Source: a virus. From it: 29,721 nucleotides of DNA. The notes under the pieces are model-generated. The model made no database searches. It saw only the letters and a program-made list of their open reading frames with translations, and was not told the origin of the DNA. Shown here one piece after another: positions 1 through 7,552 of the stretch. Each line of letters starts with the position of its first letter. The stretch's first letter is position 1. Location of the stretch: IMG/VR virus record IMGVR_UViG_3300045988_159010. The stretch is one strand, 5' to 3'. Both the position numbers and the translations under genes were made by a program.

Positions 1-148
1 TGTAGAGTTTTTCTTCGAGTTCGCGGTAGAAGGCAGGCTGCCAAGGGCAGTTGAATGTAGTGGATAATTGCCATCTGCAATAATCAGTTTGAACATTGTT
101 CTTGTCAAGAAAACGGATTTCAGCATAGGGATTCCGTGCAGTTGCCAT
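1..148 (-). CDS. hypothetical protein, N-terminal part only (gene runs off the left edge)
   Basis: Minus-strand ORF whose ATG is at 148-146 (MATARNPYAEIRFLDKNNVQTDYCRWQLSTTFNC...). An AAGGA Shine-Dalgarno sits about 9 nt upstream, and it is co-directional with the three downstream minus-strand genes. Confidence 0.4.
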   Translation of the reverse strand, partial: MATARNPYAEIRFLDKNNVQTDYCRWQLSTTFNCPWQPAFYRELEEKLY

Positions 149-182
149 ATTGTATCATCCTTTCTATTGGAAGCCAAGGGTT

Positions 183-407
183 TTAACCCTTGGCTCTGTA
201 AGTTTCTTTGCCTTTCTCGAATGTGCTCATAACTTCACCAGTTTGCATATCAATGACATCTCTGTCATTCTTTGCCCATAGACTGTAAGCATGAGCCATG
301 GCTCGTGCTGCGGTTAGGCTGCGGTAGATTGTGCCATACTGACCAGTTGTGTGATTATAGATAGAGTACATGATGTTATCCCCTTTCTGATAGTCTGGTT
401 GAGCCAT
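183..407 (-). CDS. hypothetical protein (74 aa)
   Basis: Intact standard-code ORF on the minus strand with a TAA stop. Its start overlaps the stop of the upstream gene (TAATG), which suggests translational coupling. GC is visibly higher than in the rest of the window. Confidence 0.5.
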   Translation of the reverse strand: MAQPDYQKGDNIMYSIYNHTTGQYGTIYRSLTAARAMAHAYSLWAKNDRDVIDMQTGEVMSTFEKGKETYRAKG

Positions 408-742
408 TAGCTCAACCAGATCTGCTTACTTGTTGCGATAGACCAACGACGCCGACTTGCTGCCAGCCGTTCGACTTCCCACTTGACCCATTTAGAACAA
501 CCGCATTCGTCCATATCAGCGAAAATACGTTCCAGCTCCATATGGTCGCTCTTCATCGAGGATTCAGTGTAGTTTGCCTTAGCAATCTGCCGTGCAATAT
601 AGTCCTTCTGATCCAGCAGCTTGTGAAAGGTGGCTTCGCCATCAGGGTCAGAGAATTTGACCCTGTTCATGGCATCGTTGATGTGAAAGATGGTGTTCAT
701 CATAGCTTCCTTGCGTGCGATTCTTCTGTTGATACGGTTCAT
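407..742 (-). CDS. hypothetical protein (111 aa)
   Basis: Minus-strand ORF with a GGAGG Shine-Dalgarno 8 nt upstream of the ATG (GGAGGTATAACTATG on the minus strand), a TAA stop and no internal TAG. Confidence 0.55.
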   Translation of the reverse strand: MNRINRRIARKEAMMNTIFHINDAMNRVKFSDPDGEATFHKLLDQKDYIARQIAKANYTESSMKSDHMELERIFADMDECGCSKWVKWEVERLAASRRRWSIATSKQIWLS

Positions 743-795
743 AGTTATACCTCCATATAATGTTAGTTGGTTGTTAGGTGGATGGGTGAAGAAGC

Positions 796-1200
796 TTATG
801 CTTCTTCACCGTATAGTAGGTCGTGCAGTTTATAGAAGAAGTCTTCGAGCATATGTTCAAAGATATCCGCCCATTCCTCGGCCTCGTCTTGCAAGTCTGT
901 CAGCTTCTCATAGGCGGCCTCATATGCGATACATGGATTGCCAGTTTCCATATCCATGTTATAGTCCGTGTGCTCCAAGTCATATTCAGCACTATGAATA
1001 GCCCAAGTCAGGTTGTCCCACTGCGGGATATTCTTCGCCGCATATTCATGATACTTGTCCAGCATACCATCATAGTCGAAGCTATTGCCAAGCATATGGT
1101 ATTGCTTGACATATGCTATCAAGTCTTGTGCCTGTTCTGCTAACTCTGCTTTGATAGCTTTCTGTTTGTCCTGTTCGCTTGTTTTAATTGCATATACCAT
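796..1200 (-). CDS. hypothetical acidic protein (134 aa)
   Basis: Minus-strand ORF with a TAA stop. It is the first gene of a 4-gene leftward operon, and the long non-coding region 1201-1650 lies upstream of it. Confidence 0.55.
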   Translation of the reverse strand: MVYAIKTSEQDKQKAIKAELAEQAQDLIAYVKQYHMLGNSFDYDGMLDKYHEYAAKNIPQWDNLTWAIHSAEYDLEHTDYNMDMETGNPCIAYEAAYEKLTDLQDEAEEWADIFEHMLEDFFYKLHDLLYGEEA

Positions 1201-1650
1201 GATTTTACCAATCCTTTACATATTATTTGACTGTTAGTTGTCAGCTGTCCGTGGTGCTATCTGCCGTAGGCGATGGACTGCCCTACCGCTTGCACCGCAC
1301 TTTCCATGTTCTACCATTGCGTCCGCTATGCGGTGCAGACGCTCGGCTTAAATTCACTTGTCAATGTTCAACGCCGCTCGGTGCTTCGGCCTCTTTCCGG
1401 TCATTCTACTACACTTGCAAGGGCTTGCGTTGTTTGTTTTTCCCTTGCTTCGTTGTACTCATTGTACCATAGGATTTTCGGCTTGTCAAGAACTTTTTTC
1501 AAAATTTCTTGATTTTTTTTCGCTTGCTTGCGGCTTGCTTTGCGTTGTCCCGTGGTCAATTTCTGATTATAGAATAGCACCTATGCCCGAAAATGTCAAC
1601 TACTTTTTTTCAAAAATCGAAATATTTTTTTAGGGGGTTAGTCGTATCTA
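1201..1650. other. long GC-rich non-coding leader/regulatory region
   Basis: The only ORFs are overlapping, low-complexity ones in three frames with no RBS. There is a 9-bp perfect inverted repeat, TGCACCGCA at about 1296-1304 and TGCGGTGCA at about 1339-1347. GCTTGC-type short repeats occur at 1520-1545, and a 7-bp operator-like inverted repeat TCAAGAA...TTCTTGA at about 1487-1512. Confidence 0.4.
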
Positions 1651-1773
1651 ACTTGCTTCATTTGAATAAAGTAAGACAATAGACTTTAACATTTTAGTCA
1701 AGTGAAGTGGGGGGGCAGGGTTTCGTGTAAAAAAAATGGAAAAAATGGATAAATCTTCCTACCTGGCAAAATA

Positions 1774-1850
1774 ATTTCTAAAACCTTTTTTAATTTTAGA
1801 AATCGGAACAAATTTCTAAACTCATTTTTAATTTCAGAATACGGAATAAA
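1774..1850. repeat. two tandem ~38-bp direct repeats (AATTTCTAAA-N-TTTTTAATTTyAGAAwwCGGAAyAA); the first carries a perfect 10-bp inverted repeat (ATTTCTAAAA/TTTTAGAAAT)
   Basis: Unit 1 spans 1774-1811 and unit 2 spans 1812-1850, at roughly 85% identity by eye. In unit 1, 1774-1783 pairs perfectly with 1794-1803. Confidence 0.6.
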
Positions 1851-1865
1851 TTTATAAAAAAAATA

Positions 1866-1887
1866 AGCGGGAAAATATTTTCCCGCT
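1866..1887. terminator. bidirectional intrinsic terminator (perfect 22-nt palindrome AGCGGGAAAATATTTTCCCGCT)
   Basis: A perfect palindrome flanked by an A-run on the left and a T-run on the right. It is placed directly downstream of the minus-strand AbrB-like gene, whose stop is at 1921. Confidence 0.7.
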
Positions 1888-1920
1888 TTAATTTTATTCC
1901 TTAATTACTCGATATCCATT

Positions 1921-2121
1921 CTATTCCAATGTTTCTTTTGCAAGAGCTACGGCATCACTGGCTTCAGGACATTCAATACATAAAAAAGTCTTACCATCTA
2001 CTTCATCAATGTAAAATTCATAATTATGACCATTTACCATATGCAATTCTTCACGAAGTTTAGAAGGAATCATTAAACGTCCAACTGTATCAAGTTTTCT
2101 TGTATAAGCTGTTTTCAGCAT
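1921..2121 (-). CDS. AbrB/MazE/SpoVT-family transcriptional regulator (66 aa)
   Basis: The translation MLKTAYTRKLDTVGRLMIPSKLREELHMVNGHNYEFYID shows the characteristic VGRL-IP-xLRE looped-hinge motif of the SpoVT/AbrB swapped-hairpin fold. There is an AAAGGAG RBS and a consensus promoter upstream. The stop codon is TAG, with an in-frame TAA 9 codons further on. Confidence 0.75.
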   Translation of the reverse strand: MLKTAYTRKLDTVGRLMIPSKLREELHMVNGHNYEFYIDEVDGKTFLCIECPEASDAVALAKETLE

Positions 2122-2185
2122 TTTAACTCACTCCTTTCTTTTTAATTGGGAGAGTATGAGCCATCCCATAAATTTTTTATAATTC

Positions 2186-2214
2186 ATTTTACAAAATTTT
2201 TTGTTCTTTGTCAA
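2186..2214 (-). promoter_or_regulatory. sigma70/sigmaA-type promoter for the AbrB-like gene (TTGACA-N17-TAAAAT on the minus strand)
   Basis: On the plus strand, TGTCAA lies at 2209-2214 and ATTTTA at 2186-2191, with an exact 17-nt spacer. An AAAGGAGTGAG RBS precedes the ATG at 2121. Confidence 0.6.
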
Positions 2215-2243
2215 AATTTTTCTTAACAAAATCTTAACACGAA

Positions 2244-2705
2244 TTAATTAAAAGGAATAATACCTTCATTAGGGTCAATTACTCCTCGTTCTTGATGAAA
2301 GCGATAATTGACATATCCATTTTTAAATTTATAAACTTCTACTTCAGGTATAATATATTGATCTTCTTTATCTACAATTTTAGAACCAAGAGTAATACCA
2401 ATTGGGTCACCCTCTTCTTCATATTTAGATAAATCAATAGACATTAAATCTTTTTTATTTTTAATGACATGGACTATTCCAGGCCCAATATATTTTTCTT
2501 CTAGTCCTTTATTATATTCAATATATTTCTTATCGCTTTTAAAATTCATAAAATCTTCAAGGGCTTTAGTATAGTCTTTATAAAGCTTTGCTTCAATAAT
2601 TTTACCACAAATAAATCTGGCCGCACATCCTAATCCAAGTGCCGCACCACTACCTAAAAGAAGCCCATGGACAAACTTCATTAAATCACTTCCCTTAATT
2701 TTCAA
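2244..2705 (-). CDS. hypothetical secreted or membrane-anchored protein (153 aa; alternative SD-supported start at 2681)
   Basis: Intact minus-strand ORF with a TAA stop. The N-terminus (MKIKGSDLMKFVHGLLLGSGAALGLGCAA) looks like a signal peptide or lipoprotein-like leader. The internal ATG at 2681 has an AGGGAAG Shine-Dalgarno. Confidence 0.55.
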   Translation of the reverse strand: MKIKGSDLMKFVHGLLLGSGAALGLGCAARFICGKIIEAKLYKDYTKALEDFMNFKSDKKYIEYNKGLEEKYIGPGIVHVIKNKKDLMSIDLSKYEEEGDPIGITLGSKIVDKEDQYIIPEVEVYKFKNGYVNYRFHQERGVIDPNEGIIPFN

Positions 2706-2716
2706 ATATAATATAT

Positions 2717-2872
2717 TTACTTTTTCTTACGCTCTTTGGTAGGATTATAGGCTCCTTGCTGTTTAGGATTTTCACCCCACATAATTTGATAAACAGCTCT
2801 TGTTGCACTATTAGTTGCTCTACGTTTAGCCTTAGAAGCCATACTGCCTAAAATACCACGAGGTTTTCTCAT
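2717..2872 (-). CDS. small highly basic protein (51 aa: MRKPRGILGSMASKAKRRATNSATRAVYQIMWGENPKQQGAYNPTKERKKK)
   Basis: Absent from the ORF track because it is under 60 aa, but it has a perfect consensus promoter and an AAAGGAG RBS immediately upstream. It ends in TAA and is first in the leftward early operon. Confidence 0.45.
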   Translation of the reverse strand: MRKPRGILGSMASKAKRRATNSATRAVYQIMWGENPKQQGAYNPTKERKKK

Positions 2873-2901
2873 AAAATTATCTCCTTTAATTTTATATAAA
2901 T

Positions 2902-2930
2902 ATTATATAAAAAATTTTTATAATTGTCAA
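2902..2930 (-). promoter_or_regulatory. perfect-consensus sigma70/sigmaA promoter (TTGACA-N17-TATAAT) driving the leftward early operon
   Basis: On the plus strand, TGTCAA lies at 2925-2930 and ATTATA at 2902-2907, with an exact 17-nt spacer. Confidence 0.65.
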
Positions 2931-2984
2931 TTTTACATTTTACATAATTTTTTTACTAAATACCATAAAAATTTTTGGCCATGG

Positions 2985-3013
2985 TTGACTTTGCAAATTT
3001 TTTGTGTTATAAT
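2985..3013 (+). promoter_or_regulatory. sigma70/sigmaA promoter with extended -10 (TTGACT-N17-TGtTATAAT) driving the rightward early operon
   Basis: TTGACT lies at 2985-2990 and TATAAT at 3008-3013, with a TG at -15/-14. It is divergent from the promoter at 2902-2930. The 29-mer is nearly identical to the promoter at 19406-19434. Confidence 0.65.
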
Positions 3014-3041
3014 TTTTTTAGAAGGATTGGAGGTATTAATC

Positions 3042-4106
3042 TTGATAAAATTAGATTATACTCTTGAAACTCCTGAAGAACGAAATGAATTAGTAAAAAA
3101 AATTTTAGAGGAAAATCCAAATCCTAATGAAAAGTATTTAGAAATCCTCGCAGATTATCTAATTCTATGTATGGAGAAACAAGAAAAAAAAGAAAAGAAA
3201 ATATTAACTGATAATAGATTAATGACAGTTAATAAACGTGAAACTTCTTTCGAAGGTCTTGTTTCCCAGTTAGAGAATGGTGAAGATGGTATATATAATT
3301 TAATTAATAGTGATAAAAATATGATATTTTAGCCAAAAGTTACAATTACAAAAAAAGATTTAGAAGATATTCCGAGCTTAAAACAATTAAAAGACGCTAT
3401 TACAACTTGGGAAGCAAAAATGAAAGTAGTGAGTGGTAAAGATGCTTTCACTATAAAAAAAGCATTAATAGAAATGCGTAAAGACCAATATGTTATTAAA
3501 AATGCTTATCGGAAGCCAATAGTACCAGTAAAGCTTACACGGTCCAAATATAAAATTAAATTAGATGAAGATGTAAAAATATTTGATGATGATGGATATC
3601 CAATTCCAGAAGGCGTCTCATTGATGAACCCTGAAATTTGCTCTTGCATTTTATGCAATTATTCTCGATTAAAAGAAGATAGTTGGGACCGTTTTGAAGA
3701 TGATACTTGGTATCTCATCTATGATTTTGAAAATATTTGTGATGAAGCTTTGGCTGATTATCCTATGTTAATGCGTATTGTAGAATGTAAAATTGATGGA
3801 TTACAAAATATAGAGATTCAAAAAATTTTACAAGAAGAATTTAATATTACCCACAGTTTAGAATATATATCAAGTTTATTCCGCAATAAAATACCAAAAC
3901 TTATTGCCGATAAAGCTGTTGATAAATATTTAGAGTGGTATTATACAACTCAAGAAAAAGGCAAATATAAAAAATGCAGTCGATGTGGGCAAATTAAATT
4001 AGCTCACAATAAATATTTTTCCTATAACAAAACAAGTAAAGATGGATTTTATAGTATATGTAAAAAATGCCGAAATAGTTCTCGTAAAGAAAAAATAAAA
4101 TCCTAA
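3042..4106 (+). CDS. early protein with C-terminal CxxC...CKKC zinc ribbon; one internal in-frame TAG at 3330-3332 (otherwise two genes, 3042-3332 and 3420-4106)
   Basis: A TTG start sits 8 nt after GGAGG at 3029-3033. ORFs 2985-3332 and 3420-4106 share a frame, and the 29 codons between them contain no TAA or TGA. The ATG at 3420 lacks a convincing RBS. The stop is TAA at 4104-4106 with a TGA at 4122. Confidence 0.5.
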
Positions 4107-4124
4107 AGAAAGGAGAAATATTGA

Positions 4125-5339
4125 TTGTCCAGCGAAGGTAAACAATATTATTGTGAAAAATGTAATAAAACTATGGATGGCACTTAGTTTTATACATCTA
4201 ATAATTTAGATAAATATCCCAATGATGGTAAATTACCAAAATGTAAAAAATGTATAACAATGCATGTGGATAATTGGAATCCGGATACTTATCTATGGAT
4301 ATTGCAAGAATGTGATGTTCCTTATATTCCTGAATAGTGGAATTAGTTAATGGGTAAATTTGCAAAGGATAGAGCGAAAGTCACTGGAATGACAATATTA
4401 GGTCGCTATCTCTCTGCAATGAAATTAAATCAATGGAAAGATTATAGATGGAAAGATAGTCAATTCTTGCAAGATTTACAAAATAAAAAAATAGAAGAAA
4501 CAATGAAGCAATAGGGATATGATATTCAAGATATTACTACTGCTATTCAACGAGCTTCATTCTCTTTGCCATCAGAAGAATTAAAAGAGCCGCCTCCTCC
4601 CGCGCCTCCTCCCTTAGATTTTGGGAATTCTGGGGAAGATTATTTTAAAGATAAATTAGATTTTGATGTTCCTGACTTAGGCGCAGAACTGACAGACGAA
4701 GATAAACGATATCTTTATTTAAAATGGGGAAAAGGTTATAGCCCTGATGAATGGGTGCGCTTAGAGCAATTATTTAATGAAATGATGTAGTCTTACGATA
4801 TTTAGTCTGCAGGCCATATTGATACATTAAAACTTGCCTGTAAGACATCATTAAAATCTAATTAGTTATTAGATATAGGTGATGTAGACGGCGCACAAAA
4901 GATGATTAAAATGTATGATTCTTTAATGAAGTCGGGCAAATTTACTGCCGCCTAGAATAAAGAAGAGTCTGGCGATTTCATTGATTCTGTTGGTGAATTA
5001 ATAGAAATGTGTGAGAAACAAGGTTATATCGAAAGATATTACATTGATACTCCAAATGATAAAGTAGATTTTACAATTAAAGATATGCAAAAATACACAC
5101 GCACTTTAATTGAACGAGAAACTAATCTTGGCAATATGATTGATTAGGCATTAAAACAAAACGCTAAAGAAGATGAATAGGCCAAAGAAAACGTCGAAGA
5201 TACAATTGTTGATGATGTTGATATGTCTATTGAAGATATTGAAAAAACTTTGGAAGATAAAGATATCGAAGACTTTGGCGAATTTTTAGATAATGAGACA
5301 GAGTTAGATATAGATGCTTTCTCTGATAGAGAAAATTAA
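4125..5339 (+). CDS. TAG-containing protein (404 aa) with N-terminal CxxC...CKKC zinc ribbon, a proline run and an acidic C-terminus; possible small terminase subunit by position
   Basis: I verified the frame codon by codon: 10 in-frame TAG and no TAA/TGA until the TAA at 5337-5339. A TTG start follows an AAAGGAG RBS. The stop overlaps the TerL ATG (TAATG). The function is inferred from synteny only. Confidence 0.55.
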
Positions 5340-7090
5340 TGGCATTACAAGACTTGCTTGACCTATCTACCAGTAGAAAAAAGATAGGTCTTTCTGAAGA
5401 ACGTATTAATGCCGTAATGCCAGTCATTCGTAAATATACTGCCTTTTGGCGCGAATATCCAGATTTATTTGTTGATTTTTTAGTACGAGGAACACGTACA
5501 GAATAGAAAGAAGGAGAATTTAAATTTTTCTTCTATTAGCGTGTTTTCTTACGTTGTGTTATGCGTTATCAATATGTTTATGCAGTTTTCCCTCGTGCTT
5601 ATTCTAAATCATTCTTATCAGTTATGGCATTAATGGTTAGATGTATTCTTTATCCTGGTGTTCATTTATTTGTTACTTCTGGTGGTAAGGAATAGGGCGC
5701 GAGCATCTTACATGATAAAGTTAATGAAATTTGTGATTTAATTCCTAGTTTTAAACGTGAAATTGATTGGGGCCGCGGTAAGAGCCAAGAGAGTAAAGAT
5801 AAAGTTCGTTATGTATTTAAGAATGGTTCTGTCCTTGATAACTTAGCAGCAAGAGAAAGCACCCGTGGCCAGCGTCGTCATGGCGGTTTGATGGAAGAAT
5901 GTGTAGGTATTGATGATTAGATTTTGCGTGAAGTCATTATACCGGTTATGGCAATTCCTCGTAGAGCTAAAGATGGTACAACCCATGAAGAAGAAGCAGT
6001 TAATAAGTCTTAGATTTATATTACTACTGCTGGTTATAAAAATACATATCCTTATGATAGATTGATTGGTTTGTTAGTTCGTATGATTACATAGCCTGAT
6101 AGATGTATGGTATTAGGCGGTACATGGCGAACTCCTGTCGCTGTTGGATTACAATAGAAAACATTCATTACCGACCAGAAAAATGAAGGAACTTATAATG
6201 AAGCTTCCTTTGAACGTGAATATGAATCAATTTGGTCTGGTACTGTTGAAGATGCTTTCTTTAATGCCGAAATATTTAATAGAAATAGAATATTGAATTA
6301 GCCTGAGTATGAAGCTTCTGGCCGTTCAAGTAAATTATCTTATTATATATTAAGTGTTGACGTAGGCCGTAAAGGATGCGATACTGTTGTTTGCGTATTT
6401 AAAGTAACGCCGCAACCGCATGGTGAACCGATTAAAAGTTTAGTTAATATTTATACTATGAATGATACTCATTTTGAGGATTAGGCTATTAAACTTAAAA
6501 AATTATATTATAAATATAAAGCTCGTAGAATTGTAATAGATGCTAATGGACTTGGCGTTGGTTTAGTTGATTTTATGGTTAAACCACAGATTAATCCTGA
6601 AACTTCTGAAGTAATTCCTGATTTTGGTGTTTATGGTGGAACTTAGGACGATGCGGTTTAGGAATATAAAAAGTATAAAACCAATAGTACAGAATTAGAT
6701 GTTTTATATTTGATGAAAGCTAATGCACCAATTAATACTGAAGCTCATAGCATTACTTAGTCAGTATTAAATTCTGGTAAAATTAAATTTTTAATAGATG
6801 AGCGAATGGCTAAATAGAAATTATTGACTACTAAAGTTGGTTAGAATATGACTACAGAGGCGCGGTCTGATTATTTAAGACCATTTAGTTTAACTACTTC
6901 ATTACGCGAAGAGATTATGAATTTGCGCGAAGAGAATGAAGGTTTAAATATTATTTTAAAACAAGCTAATAAAAGTATTAAAAAAGATAAATTTTCTGCA
7001 TTAGAATATGGATTATATTATATAAAAAAAATAGAAGAAGATAAAAAGAAGAAAAAATTCCGGGCTGCTGATTGGATGTTTATGAATTAA
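5339..7090 (+). CDS. terL: terminase large subunit (584 aa)
   Basis: I verified the frame codon by codon: 14 in-frame TAG and a TAA stop at 7088-7090. It has an N-terminal ATPase with a deviant Walker A (FPRAYSKSF). The C-terminal nuclease domain carries a RuvC/RNaseH-like IVIDANGLGVGLVDF motif, as is typical of TerL. Confidence 0.85.
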
Positions 7091-7099
7091 GCCGGGCAA

Positions 7100-7143
7100 C
7101 TCTTATTATTCTTTTAAATTAATTTTTAAAAGAATAATAAGAG
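7100..7143 (+). terminator. perfect 16-bp AT-rich hairpin (CTCTTATTATTCTTTT / AAAAGAATAATAAGAG, 12-nt loop) just after terL
   Basis: The inverted repeat 7100-7115 / 7128-7143 is perfect. It could be a partial terminator, an RNA-processing site or the boundary of an inserted gene. Confidence 0.45.
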
Positions 7144-7178
7144 GAATTTATTTGTAGATAAGAAAGGAGACTTAATAT

Positions 7179-7535
7179 ATGGATGCCAGTCGTGCGGAAA
7201 TTAAGATTAGAGAAATCTTAGAGGAAGCCGGCCTGAATTTTAAGATGGAATATATATTTCCAGATTTAAAAACACATAATGGTCGTCCTTTACGTTTTGA
7301 TTTTGTCATATTTGATGATGATAATAATATTGATTTTTTAATTGAATATCAAGGGAAATAGCATTATGAAGCTAGTAATAAATTTGGCGGAAAACGTGGA
7401 TTATATCAATAGCAATATAATGATAATCAAAAACGTAGATTCTGTGCTTTACATGATTTACATTTAATAGAAATTCCTTATACAGAAGAAAATTTAATTT
7501 CTTATGATTATATAATGCGAAAAGCTGGATATTAA
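7179..7535 (+). CDS. DUF559/Vsr-like PD-(D/E)xK endonuclease-fold protein (118 aa), possibly a homing-endonuclease-like insert
   Basis: It has an AGAAAGGAG RBS, 2 in-frame TAG and a TAA stop. The motif RFDFVIFDDDNNIDFLIEYQGKQHY...KRRFCALHDLHLIEIPY matches the DUF559 signature (hhDFhh...IEhDGxxH ... R...L...G..hhRh). Confidence 0.5.
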
Positions 7536-7552
7536 TTGAAAGAAGGTGAAGT

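Noticed and set aside
542-1143. Plus-strand ORFs 542-760, 690-1001 and 823-1143 from the ORF track
   Set aside because: They lie entirely antisense to the well-formed minus-strand genes 407-742 and 796-1200. They have no RBS and a low-complexity composition, so they look like antisense shadow ORFs.
1227-1633. Three overlapping plus-strand ORFs (81, 79 and 91 aa) in the GC-rich intergenic region
   Set aside because: They overlap one another in all three frames, lack an RBS and have Cys/Leu/Phe-rich nonsense-like composition. I treat the region as non-coding regulatory DNA.
1625-1745. tRNA or suppressor tRNA in the G-rich stretch (GGGGGTTAGTCG...GTGGGGGGGCAGGGTTTCGTG)
   Set aside because: No complementary 3' acceptor strand, no T-loop consensus and no D-arm could be formed on either strand.
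1774-1850. CRISPR array
   Set aside because: There are only two AT-rich direct repeats and they are immediately adjacent, with no spacers between them. No further copies were seen.
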